DNA from: Raillietiella orientalis
Taxonomy: Eukaryota
NCBI GenBank assembly: GCA_036172245.1
Contig: JAYWIR010000033.1
Coordinates: 62,001 to 126,000, forward strand
Direction: 5' to 3'
Length of the DNA stretch: 64,000 bases
The notes below the pieces were generated by a model. The model was not told the origin of the DNA. It saw only the letters and a list, made by a program, of their open reading frames with translations, and searched no databases. Of this stretch, positions 25,236-37,835 are shown piece after piece (within the stretch, counting starts at the first letter, position 1; the number at the start of each line of letters is the position of its first letter). The position numbers and the translations under genes are program-made.

Positions 25236-27749
25236 AAACGTGTTTTTTCCGCGCTCCTCTGCGCCTGTTGTAAAGGCATTCGTTGCGTTAGTGTTTGTGT
25301 GTGGTGCATCTGCGGTGTGCAATCGCAGAAATTCCAGAGGACACCGCCATGGAGATCGAAGGGGGAGAGCCTTTTTATACTCCGCAACCCATAGAGGTGG
25401 GGGCGACCGACCCCACGGAGACGAGGGCAATTACCCTCTGGAAAAAGGGATCAACCGTCCCGTCGGAAGCGAAGGCTGCCTCTTCCTGGGGAAAAGAAGC
25501 AACCGTCCCCGTGCAAAAGTATGCAACCGCCCACTTGAAAAACGGGGCAACCGCATAATTGGATACTTCCTCGGCAACGACGAATACCTGGAGCGCCATG
25601 GAAGCAGCACAATTCCCTGAAGTCATTGGCGAACAGTGTGCCCACAGGGATCAAGGGTATAAACCATCCTTGATTTATAAGGCAGGGAACCTTTTTGTTG
25701 GAAACACCGCTCGGAATTTCGAATGAGAGCTACAGCGGTTCCAGGAAAGAAGCAGGGTTGGCACAAAAACTGCTGCGAACTTTTGTCAGGATCGAAACTT
25801 GCCATACCTTTCTTATCCCGGTTGAAAAGTTAATAGTTGTTTACCTCCACGGAATCACCTCGCGGATGCCACCTAGTGCCGAGAGGGCTGAATTAAGCGA
25901 ATTCGGCACTGTGCACGCACTGTGGGCGAAGCCCAACAGACTCCGTACTTATGACGGACTTCTAGCCGTGCTCGCTGCTGCGAACATCACATTTCGGAAT
26001 GACGTTGGGATTACCCACAAAATTGTTGTCAACGGAGGTACTGTCGACATCTGGTATCTGGGGAAACACAAATACTGCGCGTTCTGTGATGCTATGGGTC
26101 ACGTTAAGAAACGTTGTCTACACAGCAGCTGCCGCGAGTGCGAGGTGACCAGGCACACGGAAGAAGGCCGTGCCGAACACCCCGTCTGCGGAAACGCATG
26201 CAACCGGGGCGGAAGGAGGAGTGTCGGACTGGAAAAAGGTCAGCTACAAAGAAGGGAATTTGAAAGAGAAGAATGAAGTCTTTTGTAAATCTGCCAAACC
26301 CGCAAAAAAGCAGGGACTGAAAAAACGCACGATCGAACTGAAGCGCCTTACAGACGCCGAAGTGGCATGCCAACAGGCCTTTGCCGTGTGCAACAACGCC
26401 GAAAGTCACGTCGCTGTGCGAACAGCAGCCCAGGACTGCAGCGAGGGGGAAAGCCGCGTTGTCGCGGACTTTGCGAAAGCTGCCGCCGAGTTCGCCGCCG
26501 CCGTTCCGCAATCACTTGCAAAGGGCGAGAAGTTCGCTCAGATTCCGGCAGAAAGGGGGGAGACCGGATCCTCGGACTCGGACTCGGAGGACAGGCACGC
26601 ACTATCGGTGTCTGCAACACCATGCAAGACCGCAGGGGAAATCCGCAACCCGACGAGGATCGTTTTCTCCAAGGAGAAGGAATCTTCCGAAAACGAGGGT
26701 GCGTAGAGCGTGGGAGGAATCGACACGAGCCCTCAACTCCCACGCCCGGTCGAGACACAGCCGATGCAAGCCGAGGAGGTTCTAGAGGCGCTTTTCAGTG
26801 CAGACGAGCAAGAAAGCATCCCGCCCGATGGGGAGGCGGGAGACGCTGCATCACTTTCCCAGCGGTAATGCCGGGACTCGCCTACTGCCGTCAAATCCGC
26901 ATTGATAGTTGGAACGTCAACGGCCTTTGCGAAGACCGCAGGAGACCACACATAGCTGCCACCTTACAAGCCTTCGACCTTGTGCTGCTGCCGAAGATCC
27001 ACCAGATCTCCGCAGAACATGCGCAGGAGATCGAGAGTATAGCAGGTGGTCAGCTAATGTGGCGATGCACCCACCGCCGTACACGAGGGGTCGTCTTCCT
27101 ACTGAAGCCTGCGTTACACCGTTCAGTGAGGAAACTTCGTTTCGATGACACAGGTCGGGTCGGGCACATCACCTTCAGGTGGTCAGGATCGATCGATCTC
27201 GTCGTCACGAATGTGTACGCGTCGAGCGGCGGTCACGTGCGCGTGGCACGGACGGCATTCTTCCGTGCGTTCCAGCGCGACTGGCTGTCGGAGGCAGGCA
27301 CGCTCACGGCGCACCTGATGGCCGGCGATTTTAATATTTGCCTGCTATGAGGTGCGGCGAGGACAGAGGCCACCCGGGTTAACGAGATGTGCGCCACGGT
27401 GCACGCATCCAACTTTTTGGCCGGGGATTCTGGGATGGAGCGGAGCGTGGACCACGTCTTCCTCAACGTTCACTTGCGCTGTCGCATGGGCAGGAGAGGT
27501 AAGATACACTCCACCCTCTCCGATCACTCCCGTGTAGAATTTTTCTTTCGCCCGCGCGAACCGGGGCCACCCTAGCAGGCGTTGCGAATACCGGGGGACT
27601 GACTGACGAAGCCAGGCGTAGCGGAACACCACCGCGCGTTGTTGCGAGGCTTCAGCCTGCAGATGCTCGACGACTGCGACGATTTGAAAGACTCGGTGCG
27701 AGAGTTGGGCCAGCAGTTCCCCAGGGACCGTCTCCCGAAAGGATTTGGT
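25236..27749 (+). mobile_element. Tx1-like element 5' half: 5' UTR, ORF1, endonuclease
   Basis: KYCAFCDAMGHVKKRC knuckle; ORF2 from 26868 has SWNVNGL, VTNVYA, MAGDFN, VDH and LSDH motifs. Confidence 0.92.
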
Positions 27750-27860
27750 GTTGCCACCCGGGTACGCCCTGGACGTTTATTGAAAAAAACTCTCTATAAA
27801 GCGTGGTATAAGGCCCCAGTGCGGCCTTAGACACGGGACCTGTCGGGAAAGCGGGACGCA
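27750..27860 (-). mobile_element. Isolated 3' UTR end of a Tx1-like element
   Basis: Terminal motif and UTR similar to 28033-28135 and 33344-33480. Confidence 0.75.
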
Positions 27861-27864
27861 GCCC

Positions 27865-28032
27865 GGCATGGCAACTCTGCTGCTTCAGTTGATGAAGCTG
27901 ATCCGAGACGAATGCGATGTTCCCGCCTCGTTTCGGTCAGCCAGAGTGAGGCGCTTTCCGAAAGGGGAAGACTTCAGTGATTTAAAGAACTGGCGTGCGA
28001 TCCCGATTGTGAATACGGACGCCAAGTTGCTA
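27865..28032 (+). mobile_element. RT fragment
   Basis: VPASFRSARV..PKGED..LKNWRAIPIVNTDAKLL. Confidence 0.85.
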
Positions 28033-28135
28033 GTTGCCACCCGGTCACGCCGTGGCGTTTATTAGAAATTCTCTATAATTCTTGGTACGAGGCCCCACTA
28101 CGGCCAACTCAAAAGGACCTGCCGGGTTGCGGGCG
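28033..28135 (-). mobile_element. Isolated 3' UTR end of a Tx1-like element
   Basis: The minus strand reads AATAAACGCCACGGCGTGACCGGGTGGCAAC. Confidence 0.8.
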
Positions 28136-29552
28136 TGAGTGTGAAGCGGAAGAACACCGTGGTCGTACCTGTAGGAGCGTCGAGGGAGGGGCAGTCCGAC
28201 TGAATCCGCCTGGAAATCCCCAAAGCAGGGTATATCAACTTCCTTGGAGTTCCGCTTGGAGACCTCGGTTCTGCCGAGGCGTGGTCGGACTGCCTTCAAA
28301 AGACAGACAGCAGCCAGGCCGTTTACTAACGGCAAGTTCACCTTGCCGGAACAAGCAACTATTCGGAACACCTTTGTAGCACCTTCCTTCGACCCCTGTT
28401 TTTTGTCTCGGACCCCCCTACGCGGCCAAAGAAAGGGGAAAACGCCTGCTAAAGAACGCACTCTGGGGTACTGCGCGATACAGGATCCGCCTGAAAAACT
28501 TCGCGGCTCCAGTCGGGATGCTGGTGTTGGCATCCTCACGATGGAGAGAATTGGACTGCAAGTGCAGTTCAGGACTCTCGCACTTTGTGCAGAGCTATGG
28601 ACTTTCCCCCTGTGTGCGCCTCCGCGCATCCACCTAAAGAGGTGTGCAGGCAGTGAAGGACTTCTTTACTTGGTGCCTGGCATGCGTCACAGGAAACAGG
28701 AATTTGGCTACCCTCTGAGGAAATTCGCCTCCCTATTGAAAGCCAATGCGTGGATTTCCTGCTTCCCGATCAACTACAATGCTTGGCGGCAGGAAACCAT
28801 TGATTCTTGGGCTGTATCCTTAGGAATAAGCCGTGAAGAATTCCGCACCTTGTTATGGACTGCGGTGCCCTCCATGAACTCTGGAGGAGGCTAGCATCAG
28901 CTCTCCCGCTTCCGGGTGACACCGCTTGAGAAGTGCTGCGACGGTTCTTCCAGCCACAAGGACTTTCGATGGTTGCGACGATTTCCACTGTTGGGTGCAT
29001 CCGCGGCATCGTCACGATCCGAGACGTGATGGAGAACCCGGGACAGCAATGTTGTGCCACCAGGAAGGCAGCCTACTTCATCAGGTGGGCAGCTGGGTGG
29101 CGACACTTATGGGAAGACACAACGGAGCAGCTAACCGGTATCCATCGGAGGATGAGAAACGGCTTAGAACGACGGACACGGTGATCCGCCATCATTATAT
29201 TTTTAAGTGATTTTTTTATTCTCGCATCCTTTTCCCTATACGCTCCGCAGTGGTGTTTGTGCTGAAACTTTTGAGTTCCCCGGTGACTGCGGAGCGTCCC
29301 TAAAGTTCCCTGGCTCACTCCTACAGTTTAGAATTTTGTTGTTGTTTTTTTGTTTTGCTTTTTTGTTTTGTTTTATTTTGTTTTTGTTTTGTTTTTGTTT
29401 TTGGAATCCCCTCAGTCGTCCGTGTAATTCCGTTTTCCTGACCTGCGTGGCAGTGGTAAATCTCCGCTGCATGTCTTTATAGTCGTGTCCTGGGAACAAC
29501 TGTTTCTAGCTCGTTTATATCAATAAACGTCCCGGCGTGATCGGTTAAAAAA
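28136..29552 (+). mobile_element. Tx1-like ORF2 C-terminal part (internally deleted) with 3' UTR
   Basis: RDAGVGILTMERIGLQVQ is close to the 5619-6845 ORF; terminal motif at 29522-29552. Confidence 0.85.
29335..29402 (+). repeat. Imperfect (TTTTG)n microsatellite in the 3' UTR
   Basis: Directly visible. Confidence 0.85.
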
Positions 29553-30521
29553 TTCCAACGTTCGCCTTGACCAGATGGGTACAATCAAGAGCGTGACCTG
29601 GTCAACGAGGTGTGCATAGCGGTGCACACCTGTAATTAGTTGGTCAGTGCACCAGGGATGGAAAACAGTATCGAAAAACTGTTCCCTGATCAGCACCTGT
29701 GTCCTCGCGTGGGCAGGCGCGGCAAGTTACCATGCGACATGTCCAAACATCGCCGATAGTTCTCGAGATCCATCCGAGCGACAGGGGCCCTAGCTCGTCA
29801 GCGTGGTGTCTCCCAGGGGACTGGCTGTAGCTCTCGGACGCGGCGGAACATCTTTACACGTTCATACTGAACTTCAGGCAGCGCACACTCCAGGATTGGG
29901 ACCGCTTCAAGCGGCCGTTCCAGGAGTTCTGCGACCAGTTGCCTCTGCACCGCCTAACTACAAGTTTTGGGACCGGGGTCCGTAATGACCGAGCTTACCT
30001 GCAGGCCCGTCGTTACGCCAAGATCCCCGAGATTCGCAGGATCGCGGAATACAAAGAAGGAGCCGAGAGGCGAGCCTAACAGTCCGGATCGGCCAGCTTG
30101 CTGGAAGATCAGGGCGAGAAGCACTCGGCACCCGCCCAAATCCGCGGCGTGCTCCGGAGATACTACTCCTCCCTGCATGCCAGGGCACCTCCGGAGAGAA
30201 ATGTCTCACGACTCCTGCTTCCGGAAGGCGCTCCGATGATCGGGGAGGAGACAAAGCCCCTGGACGAAATTCTCTCGGACATCGGAAAGCTCAAGAGGCG
30301 CAAGGCTCCAGGAGAGGACGGCCTGTTCGCGGATTTTTATCAAACTTTCGTCACTGAGCTCATCCCCCTGGTGCAGCAACACCATGCAAATACGCGAGAC
30401 AGGTGACGTTACCGCCTCGTATCTTTCGGCAAAGGTGCAGCTCCTCCCTAGGGGAAGAGACCTAAGGAGAATAAACAACTGTCGTGGAATCACAATATTG
30501 AATGCGGGTGCCAAGTTGCTA
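29553..30521 (+). mobile_element. Endonuclease end, linker and RT start; paralog of 6985-7745
   Basis: High DNA similarity to 6985-7745; YYSSLHARAP, KAPGEDGL and ITILNAGAKLL motifs. Confidence 0.87.
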
Positions 30522-33343
30522 GTTGCCACCCGGTCACGCCATGGCGTTTATTGGAAATTCTCTATAATTCGTGATACGAGCCACCTCTACGGCAAACGCG
30601 AAAGGACCTGTCGGGTTGCGATTCGCAGACCGGTGCGACTCTCCTCTGCAGCGATAGGGGATGGGGTAAAAAAAAAAAAAAAAAATTGAAAAATGAAAAC
30701 AAAAAGATTTAGGAGGGATAGAAAGGAATCTCGTTCCACTGGGAGACGGGTCCATTCTTTCCAGGATGCCCTCAAGGTCCGTCCATATTATTCCCAGGTC
30801 GGGCCACCTGGTCGCTATCCGCAGGTAGCGGACTGCAAGTACGACGGCATCCCTGTCGTGGATCGGTCTTCTGACGTCGATCCAGCACGTCACAATCCCG
30901 CGGACGCAGCAGAGTGCAGCCGGGAGAGCCACTGGTCACAGGGCATCTTGCACGAACAGAAGCCGAAAAACGTCTCTAGGCTGGCTGCCCTCCTGGATCC
31001 GTAGGTAGGGACGAAGACGTTCACACAGGAGTCGGAGGGCAGCACAATCAACTCGGAGGTGGGGGAGGGTTTCCCGCTCACCACACCTGATGCAGGAAGG
31101 ATCTACTTGACCCCTAGTCAAGTGATGACGGCGTGCGTTGCAGAATAGACCCCAATGCAACAGCAGAAGCGCCGACTCCTGCCACTTCAGTGGGAGGATC
31201 CTCGAACCAATGAATAATGGGCCTCACTTGAGGTCATCCATCGGTTTTAAACCTGGGAAAGTGGCAGTGCGGCGTCCGCCACCCGTTGCAAGTGGACGGA
31301 TGTAGGAATAAAATCATTGTTCACCGGTTCTCCCTCCTTCATGGGGGCCGATTCCTCGGCGGACCGCAACGGTGGAAGGGGTCGGATTTCACGCACCTGC
31401 TCCCCCAGTTCCTTGGGGGTCGATTCGTCGGCTGTGCTGGACGGCAAGAGGAGGCGGTTGTCAACTGTCGGCTCTTCGTCCTATACGGTTATCTCCTCAG
31501 CAGGTCCCACGGTTGCAAGGGGGCGGCAATCACTTACCTTCTCCCCCTCCTCCATGGGGGAGGCCAACTGCTCGGTAGCCAAGGGTAGGAAACCCCTCCC
31601 TCCGTTCCCACGCTGCCGGCTTCCCCCTCGGCTGCCAGTGCGTCCCCCTCCTTCTTCGTCGGGATGCGCCTCTTCAGATTCTTCGACTTCCGTCCAGTCT
31701 TCTTCGGAGGCGCCTTTGCGAAGGAGGACGCACTTCCGGCATCCGGGTCATGCTCACCTGTCGGAGGTGCCCTGGTCGCGGCTGGCCTTCGCAAGGCCTT
31801 TCTCGCTCCGTTCTCACGGTCCGCGAGTTCGGCCGCGAGCTCTTGCGCTGCCTGCTGGAAGGCGGCGTCCTCGATTGCCGCGAGCGCGTCCCTCGGCTCC
31901 CCCTCTGTTTGCACAGAGAATTCGCCTTCCGCGGAGGCGACTTCGTCGTAAACGAGGCGAAGGATATCTCCCCCGGTAGCGGTCTCGGGGACCTCCATAC
32001 GCTCCGAGGCGACCAAACATTCGCGGAGCAACGCGCGGCGTTGTCTCCTATTTAAAGGAGGTGTCGAGGGTTCTGCTGTCGGCCATTCGGTATACTTGCT
32101 CTTTTTACACTTAGGCTTCGCCTTATACCAGCACTCGCTCTCTCCAGCTTCGTCGGGAGTATCCTCGACCAGCGCTTGCTGCACGGGTTCGGGCTCTGGC
32201 CATAAGTTCCGCCTCTCGGGTGCATCCTTAGACTTTTTCGTTCACCCCGCGCGTTTTGCTTTGCCTTCTTTCGAGGCAAGGGGAGCCGTGGTTTCGCGTT
32301 TAGGACACATCTTCCGAAGGTGGCCCTCCTCTCGGCAGTGGAAGCACTGGATGTAGGGGCATTATTTTTATAGGTGCCCTGTGGCATCACAGTGTCCACA
32401 GTACTTGGGCTTACCCACGTACCAGACGTCGACGACCTCGTTGCCAACGACTAGTTTGTGGGGTAGCCCACCGTTTTCCTTGACGGCCACACGCGCTGCG
32501 GCCATGCCACTGGACAGTCTTCCGTATCTTTGGAAGAGGATCGGCTTGGTCCATACCACGTGTACCGTACCATATTTACATAATTCCTCCTTCACGCCGG
32601 TTTTTTTAATGCGGAGGGATACTGCCTTAAGATGCGCTACCACAGAGCGATCCTCGGTTACAGGGAAGACCTTTCTGCATTCCAGCATGGGAGAGGTATT
32701 CAGCAGGCGTTGAGCCAGGCTTGCATCTCTGCAAGTGACCTCCACCCGCTGGCCCTCTCCAAAGCACTGAAAGGCCTTCGAGTTTCTAATTTTTTTCTTA
32801 TAGACACTGCAACTCCCTCTCTAAGTTGCGGGAGGTATTTCCCACAAACTAATTTCCTACCTTGTACATCAAGGAAGGCTTGTATCGTTGTTCCAGGTAG
32901 GCGTGCTGTTCTGCTAAGGATGCAGGAGATGGCGCTGCAGCCACGGAGCTCCAATTCTTCGTGGATGGAGCAGACGGATTCAAGCACGCGGTTGCCTCTT
33001 TGTTTAAGGGGGCGGTTGCGCCCTTTTCCGTGGCATGGGTTGTCCTCTTTTTCAAATGGGCGGTTGCTCCCTTTCTGAAGACGGCGCTAGTTCTCGTTTC
33101 CGGAGGGGCGGTTGCCCCCTTTTTCAAGGGGGCGGTTGCCCTCTGCTCCGTGGTAGCGGTTGCCTCCACCTCTGTGGTTTGGGGAGAGGAACCATCCTCT
33201 CTTCCGCCAACTTCCATCGCGTGGTCCTCAGGGATTTTTGCCATGGGACACCGGCGATGCACCACTCAGTAACGCACTGAAAAAAGGTTTCAAAAACTCG
33301 CGCCGCAGGAGCGCAGAAAAAGAAGTCCTCACGCTTCCTCTAC
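30522..33343 (-). mobile_element. Internally deleted element: 5' UTR, ORF1, last ~0.5 kb of ORF2, 3' UTR
   Basis: ORF1 runs from ATG ~33244 to TAA 31247 (KYCGHCDATGHL). It is joined directly to the CIRCGERETLPHLRVDC region and the terminal motif at 30522-30552. Confidence 0.85.
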
Positions 33344-34500
33344 GTCGCCACCCTGTCACGGCGGGGCGTTTGTTGTAAACTCTCTTCACAATTTGTGGCA
33401 GTAGGCCCCACTACGGCCAACTCAACAGGACCTGCCGGGTTGCCAATACGCAGACAAGCGCGTCTCTCCTCGGCAGCGGTAGGGGTTGGGAAAAACAAAA
33501 AGAAGTTGAAGGGAGGGAAAGGGATCACGGTCCACTGAAAGCAGGGTCCATCCTTTCCAGGAGGCCTTCGAGGTCCGTCCGAATGATTCCCAGTTGGGGC
33601 CGTCTGGTTGCAAGCCGCAGGTAGCGGACCGCGAGTTTGACGGCAGCCCTCTCGTGGCTCGGTCTTCTGTAATCGCTCCAGGTCGTCACGATTCCTCGGA
33701 TGCAGCAGACTGCTGCCAGTACGGCGGCTGGTCGCAGGGCATCCCGCACGAAAACAAGCCGAAAAACGTCTCTGGGCTGGCTGCCCTACTGTAACCGTAG
33801 GGAGGTACCAACACGCTTTCACATGGGTCGGAGGGCAGCACAATCAAAATGGAGGTGGGGAAGGGTTTCCCGCTCCCCACACCTGATGCAGGAAGGATCT
33901 CCTCGATCCCTGGTCCAGTGGTGGCCACGTGCGTTGCAGAGTGGAACCCAATACAACAGCAGAAGCACCGACTCCTGCCACCTCAGGGGGAGGATCCTCG
34001 ATCCAATAAAATCCGGGGGCCCCATCAGGTCATCCATCAGGATGCCCAGCAGATCGCCCTATCTCTTTAAACCACTCGGGAGGAAACTTCGGGTAGTGGC
34101 ATCGGTTAGCTGAGCCGTCGTCCAGCCGCATAAATTCTTGCCTCTTCCTGGGATTCGGCAGTACACCATCCACCTAGGCGTGCGGCTGCTGGACAGCGCC
34201 CTCCTCAGGAAGGGCATCGGAGTAGCTAGGGGCTTGGTATCGGCACACGTGCACCGGGCGGGACATTGCAAGAAGGTACACAGGCTGTAGCGGGCACGGT
34301 TGTAGAATCGCAGGCAGTTGTAGTTTTCTTCTCCTTGGGCATTTCACCTCGCCCACGTTCCAACAGATGTGTCCAGCCATGCGGAGGAGTTGGCGGAGCT
34401 GCATGCCATGCAGACGTTCTCCTTAGCCAGAGTTGCCATGCGTCCCAGAAGTCCGCATCTCTTGAGCTTCGAGTCACGGCAGACAACATAATTCGCGAGG
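33344..34500 (-). mobile_element. 5'-truncated ORF2 C-terminus plus 3' UTR, head-to-tail with the element to its left
   Basis: LPLRWQES...CIRCGERETLPHLHFDC; terminal motif at 33344-33374. Confidence 0.85.
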
Positions 34501-34529
34501 CCCTCCGTCTCAGATACACGGCTGGCAAA

Positions 34530-34902
34530 GTGTCGGAAAAAACACGTCCGGACTCTCCCTCTAGGCCAGGACACCCACAGAGAGGGATGTCTCGCGGCTC
34601 CTGCTTTTGGACGGAGCCCCGGCAATAAAGGAGGACGAGAGGATGAGCGGCGACGAGCCTTTTACTACAGGCGTAATTCTCGCAGGCATTAAAAGACTTA
34701 AGATGCGTAAGGCTCCAGGGGAGGACGGCCTGCCCGCGGAGTTCTTCCAATGCTACGCGGCAGAGCTGGCCACCCTACTGCTTCGGTGACCGGGTTGATT
34801 CGCAACGGAGGCGACGTTATAGACTCGTTTCGCTCAGTCCGAGTGAGTCTCCTCGCAAAGGGAGGAGACCTCAGATCACTGAGCAATTGGCGTCCGGTCT
34901 GG
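34530..34902 (+). mobile_element. RT N-terminal fragment fused to gene X (paralog of 8550-8920)
   Basis: KAPGEDGLPAEFF; same junction GGTCTGGATTGAAATC as at ~8915. Confidence 0.88.
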
Positions 34903-37044
34903 ATTGAAATCAATTACCAGAATCTGTACGCATCATTGTTCCCTCGCTTCCCTGACAATCACCGCGTGTTCGCCTCTGACTATCGATAAAGCCAACCAGG
35001 TCATTTTTGGAAGAATTATCCCAGGAATCAACTGACTGATCCCGTAAATGGACCACGAACGGGAGCATGAACTGAGGTCGGCAAAGTTAAGAGTACAATT
35101 ATGCCTCGGAGGTAAGTTCTGCCTCGTGCTCAGAACGAGAACACTTCCCCACACGTCTCGAGCAACCCAGACAACGCAACAATGCCAAACATTGCCAACG
35201 CGAACGTGTTCTTTTTTGCACGACCTTGCTTTCTTCGGCAAGGTCAACTAGCAGAAATCTCAGGGGGAAGTGTTACGGTACATGCGCAGTGCAGTCACCT
35301 CGCCTGAATGTGGCAGTGCTCAAACCTCCTTAGACCCAAGTCGCAGATCCGAAATGCGGAACACTCCTGCCACTCCTGAAACAGAATCGCGGAAGGGGTG
35401 AAGAAAGGGAGGCACGACTGCCGATCCCAATTTGCCCGCAAGAATTGCCTTTGCGGCACGCCGATTGCGAAAATGGTCAAAAGCCTGTTTCTTCTGCAGC
35501 TCCATCCCCAAATCGCACTTTCCGCCTTCCTCTTCAGAGACCGTCCTTGCTTATGCAATCCGCTCCCCTTATCACGCCATTCGTCAGGTGTGCCCTACAG
35601 CTCTTGCGCTGGTATTTTCCTGCACTCCGTCAGTTCCAGCTCACTATTCCCGAAGTCACACTCCTCGCGGCCAACACGCCGACCTTCCCACTTGCAACCT
35701 TGACTTCCCATCCCACGGCGAGCAGCTCAATCTTGTAGCAATATCCCTGCTCTTACAACTGCTTCCCAGAGCTATTCACAACCGCTCCAAAGGATGCCAC
35801 TTTTTCTTCAAAAGTCTCCTCCTCGGACCACGCTACGCATCGCCGGAAAATCATTAAATCGAACGTCTCCTAAACACAAAAACGAACTTCGGAATCGCTG
35901 TCTCAGCAACCTTCGATCACGCATGTCTCTTCACCCAGCATGCGGCCTGCACTCTCCACCCGATCTCGTTTCCATGGTTTCCTTTGGTAAGGAAATTTTG
36001 CTTTCCAATTGCAAGGCAGCTAGCAGTTTTTTAGTGCAAAAGAGAGAAGACGACTTCGAAGGACTGCGGCTTAGTTGCAAGAAGCGACGACTGCAAGATG
36101 GAAGGACCGTCCTACGAGGAGATTCCTTGGCGCGCATCGTCCCCGGGGGCGCAGGGGACGAGCGCGCATCGGGGACTGGACCTCGGGGAGATCACTTGCA
36201 TCGACGAGGAAGAGGGCCACGTGCAGAACGATCCGTGCACCGACGTATCTGGAGAGGCCTGCGTCACGTTGTGCTCGGCCGGGTCGTCTTCCTGCACGTT
36301 GGCCATGAAGATGCCTTCGCTAACGCAAGAGTTCCACAAGATAGACACCGATCCGCGTGAGTCTGCACCCAAGTCCGCGACCTTGCATTCCACTTCTGGG
36401 CAAGGTGAGAAGGTATATATCCTGAATCCCATCTGCCCTCACTGTGGAGAAACGTGGCAAAACCGGGAAAGAATTAGGAAGCCGGGCGCCTTTGTGGTCC
36501 ATTACGGACCCATCTCTCTCCTGGTGAGAGAACGTGTTCACACATCTGAGCACAAGCACGTGCAGGCAGGAGAATCGCACGCCGACGGCTCGCCGTCCTT
36601 GGCGGAGGACGTGCGCGCCACACGCGTCAGTACTGGCCAGCAACCAAGCTACTCCGGAACGGGGGCCGCGAACAACTTCAAGTCAAGTGCCAGAACGGAT
36701 GCCAGCGCGGAAAGCTCGCAGCCTGTTTACAGCGCCCCGCCTTACCTGAACGCCATGTCTATGATCGGAAAATTCTTCGGTAGATGGCTCGTTTGCGTTG
36801 CTCCACGGCGTCGCCGTGAAAGTTGAATTAATAAATTCCTGTTTCAAGTGGCTTAGTTCGAATCTCCTGTTGGTGGGGTATACGGGTTTGGATTGGTTTG
36901 CTGCGGTGCGCGCGCAAGTCCGTGAACGTGCAACATCTCGCTAGCCGGCTGGCGCAACCTGCTTCCAGCGTGCTGCCGACGCCTGTGGCAATTCGACACA
37001 AACAACCTCTGCATCGAAAGCAGCGCGGCGTCCGCTGATGTGCT
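34903..37044 (+). pseudogene. Gene X copy 2 (internal deletion of ~2.7 kb at ~35105) and start of its 3' flank
   Basis: Matches 8921-9110, then jumps to ~11855-13750. A 242-aa open frame at 36098-36826 is followed by AATAAA. Confidence 0.55.
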
Positions 37045-37140
37045 NNNNNNNNNNNNNNNNNNNNNNNNNNNNNNNNNNNNNNNNNNNNNNNNNNNNNNNN
37101 NNNNNNNNNNNNNNNNNNNNNNNNNNNNNNNNNNNNNNNN
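37045..37140. other. Assembly gap (96 N)
   Basis: Run of n. Confidence 1.
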
Positions 37141-37835
37141 TCGAACATCATGGCAATAATTACACTAGTTACACCCGGCATACTACCATTCCACTACTGA
37201 TTACTACCCATCATCAATAACTCCTCATGCACAACAACCAAAATATTACTATCCTGACAAAATTTAAACCCTATACTCTGCATTTCCCTATCACCATTAT
37301 CAATCATCTTAATCAATTAGATTCTCAGAGCCACAACAGCCCCTGTCATAGGACTAATCTCCCCATCTATTCGACAACTCATAACCTACTCTTCCATCTC
37401 CCACCTATCATAAATAACCGCTTCAATAAACACATCCCCCAGAATAAGAACTTCATACCTAATTATATACTCCATCAACACACTCGCACCCATCATAATC
37501 TTACAAAAAAGAAATACACAATCACTGGCTCACATCCCAATCCTCTACTCCTTCCTTACCTCACCTATAGTATATCTAGCATTACTAAATCTCTATGCCA
37601 TACTCCCCCTCCCAGGCTTCTTCCCAAATTCAATAACCCTAGAATTAATCCCTACTCCACTAGCAATCACCCTGATCATCTCCTCTTCAATCTCCCTCCA
37701 AATTTACCTCAACATTAGACTACCATCATTCACCACCCTACCAATAAACAAACCACAAATCCACCACAAAACATCCCTTGTCCAATACTCCATCTCATAT
37801 CTCTTTAAACTCTTGCAACCATCCCTACTATCCTA
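37141..37835 (+). pseudogene. nad2: Mitochondrial nad2 pseudogene (partial)
   Basis: G-MLPFHYWL and LPGFFP motifs; follows trnM in copy 2. Confidence 0.8.

Noticed and set aside
28025..28063. Helitron-like 3' end (hairpin followed by CTAG)
   Set aside because: CTAG comes from host RT codons (AAG TTG CTA G) and appears only at the two homologous junctions; the other seven termini lack it and no Rep/helicase is visible.
37227..37718. 163-aa His/Asn/Pro-rich ORF (also 55546-56037) and similar NUMT ORFs
   Set aside because: Off-frame standard-code readings of A/C-skewed mitochondrial genes.
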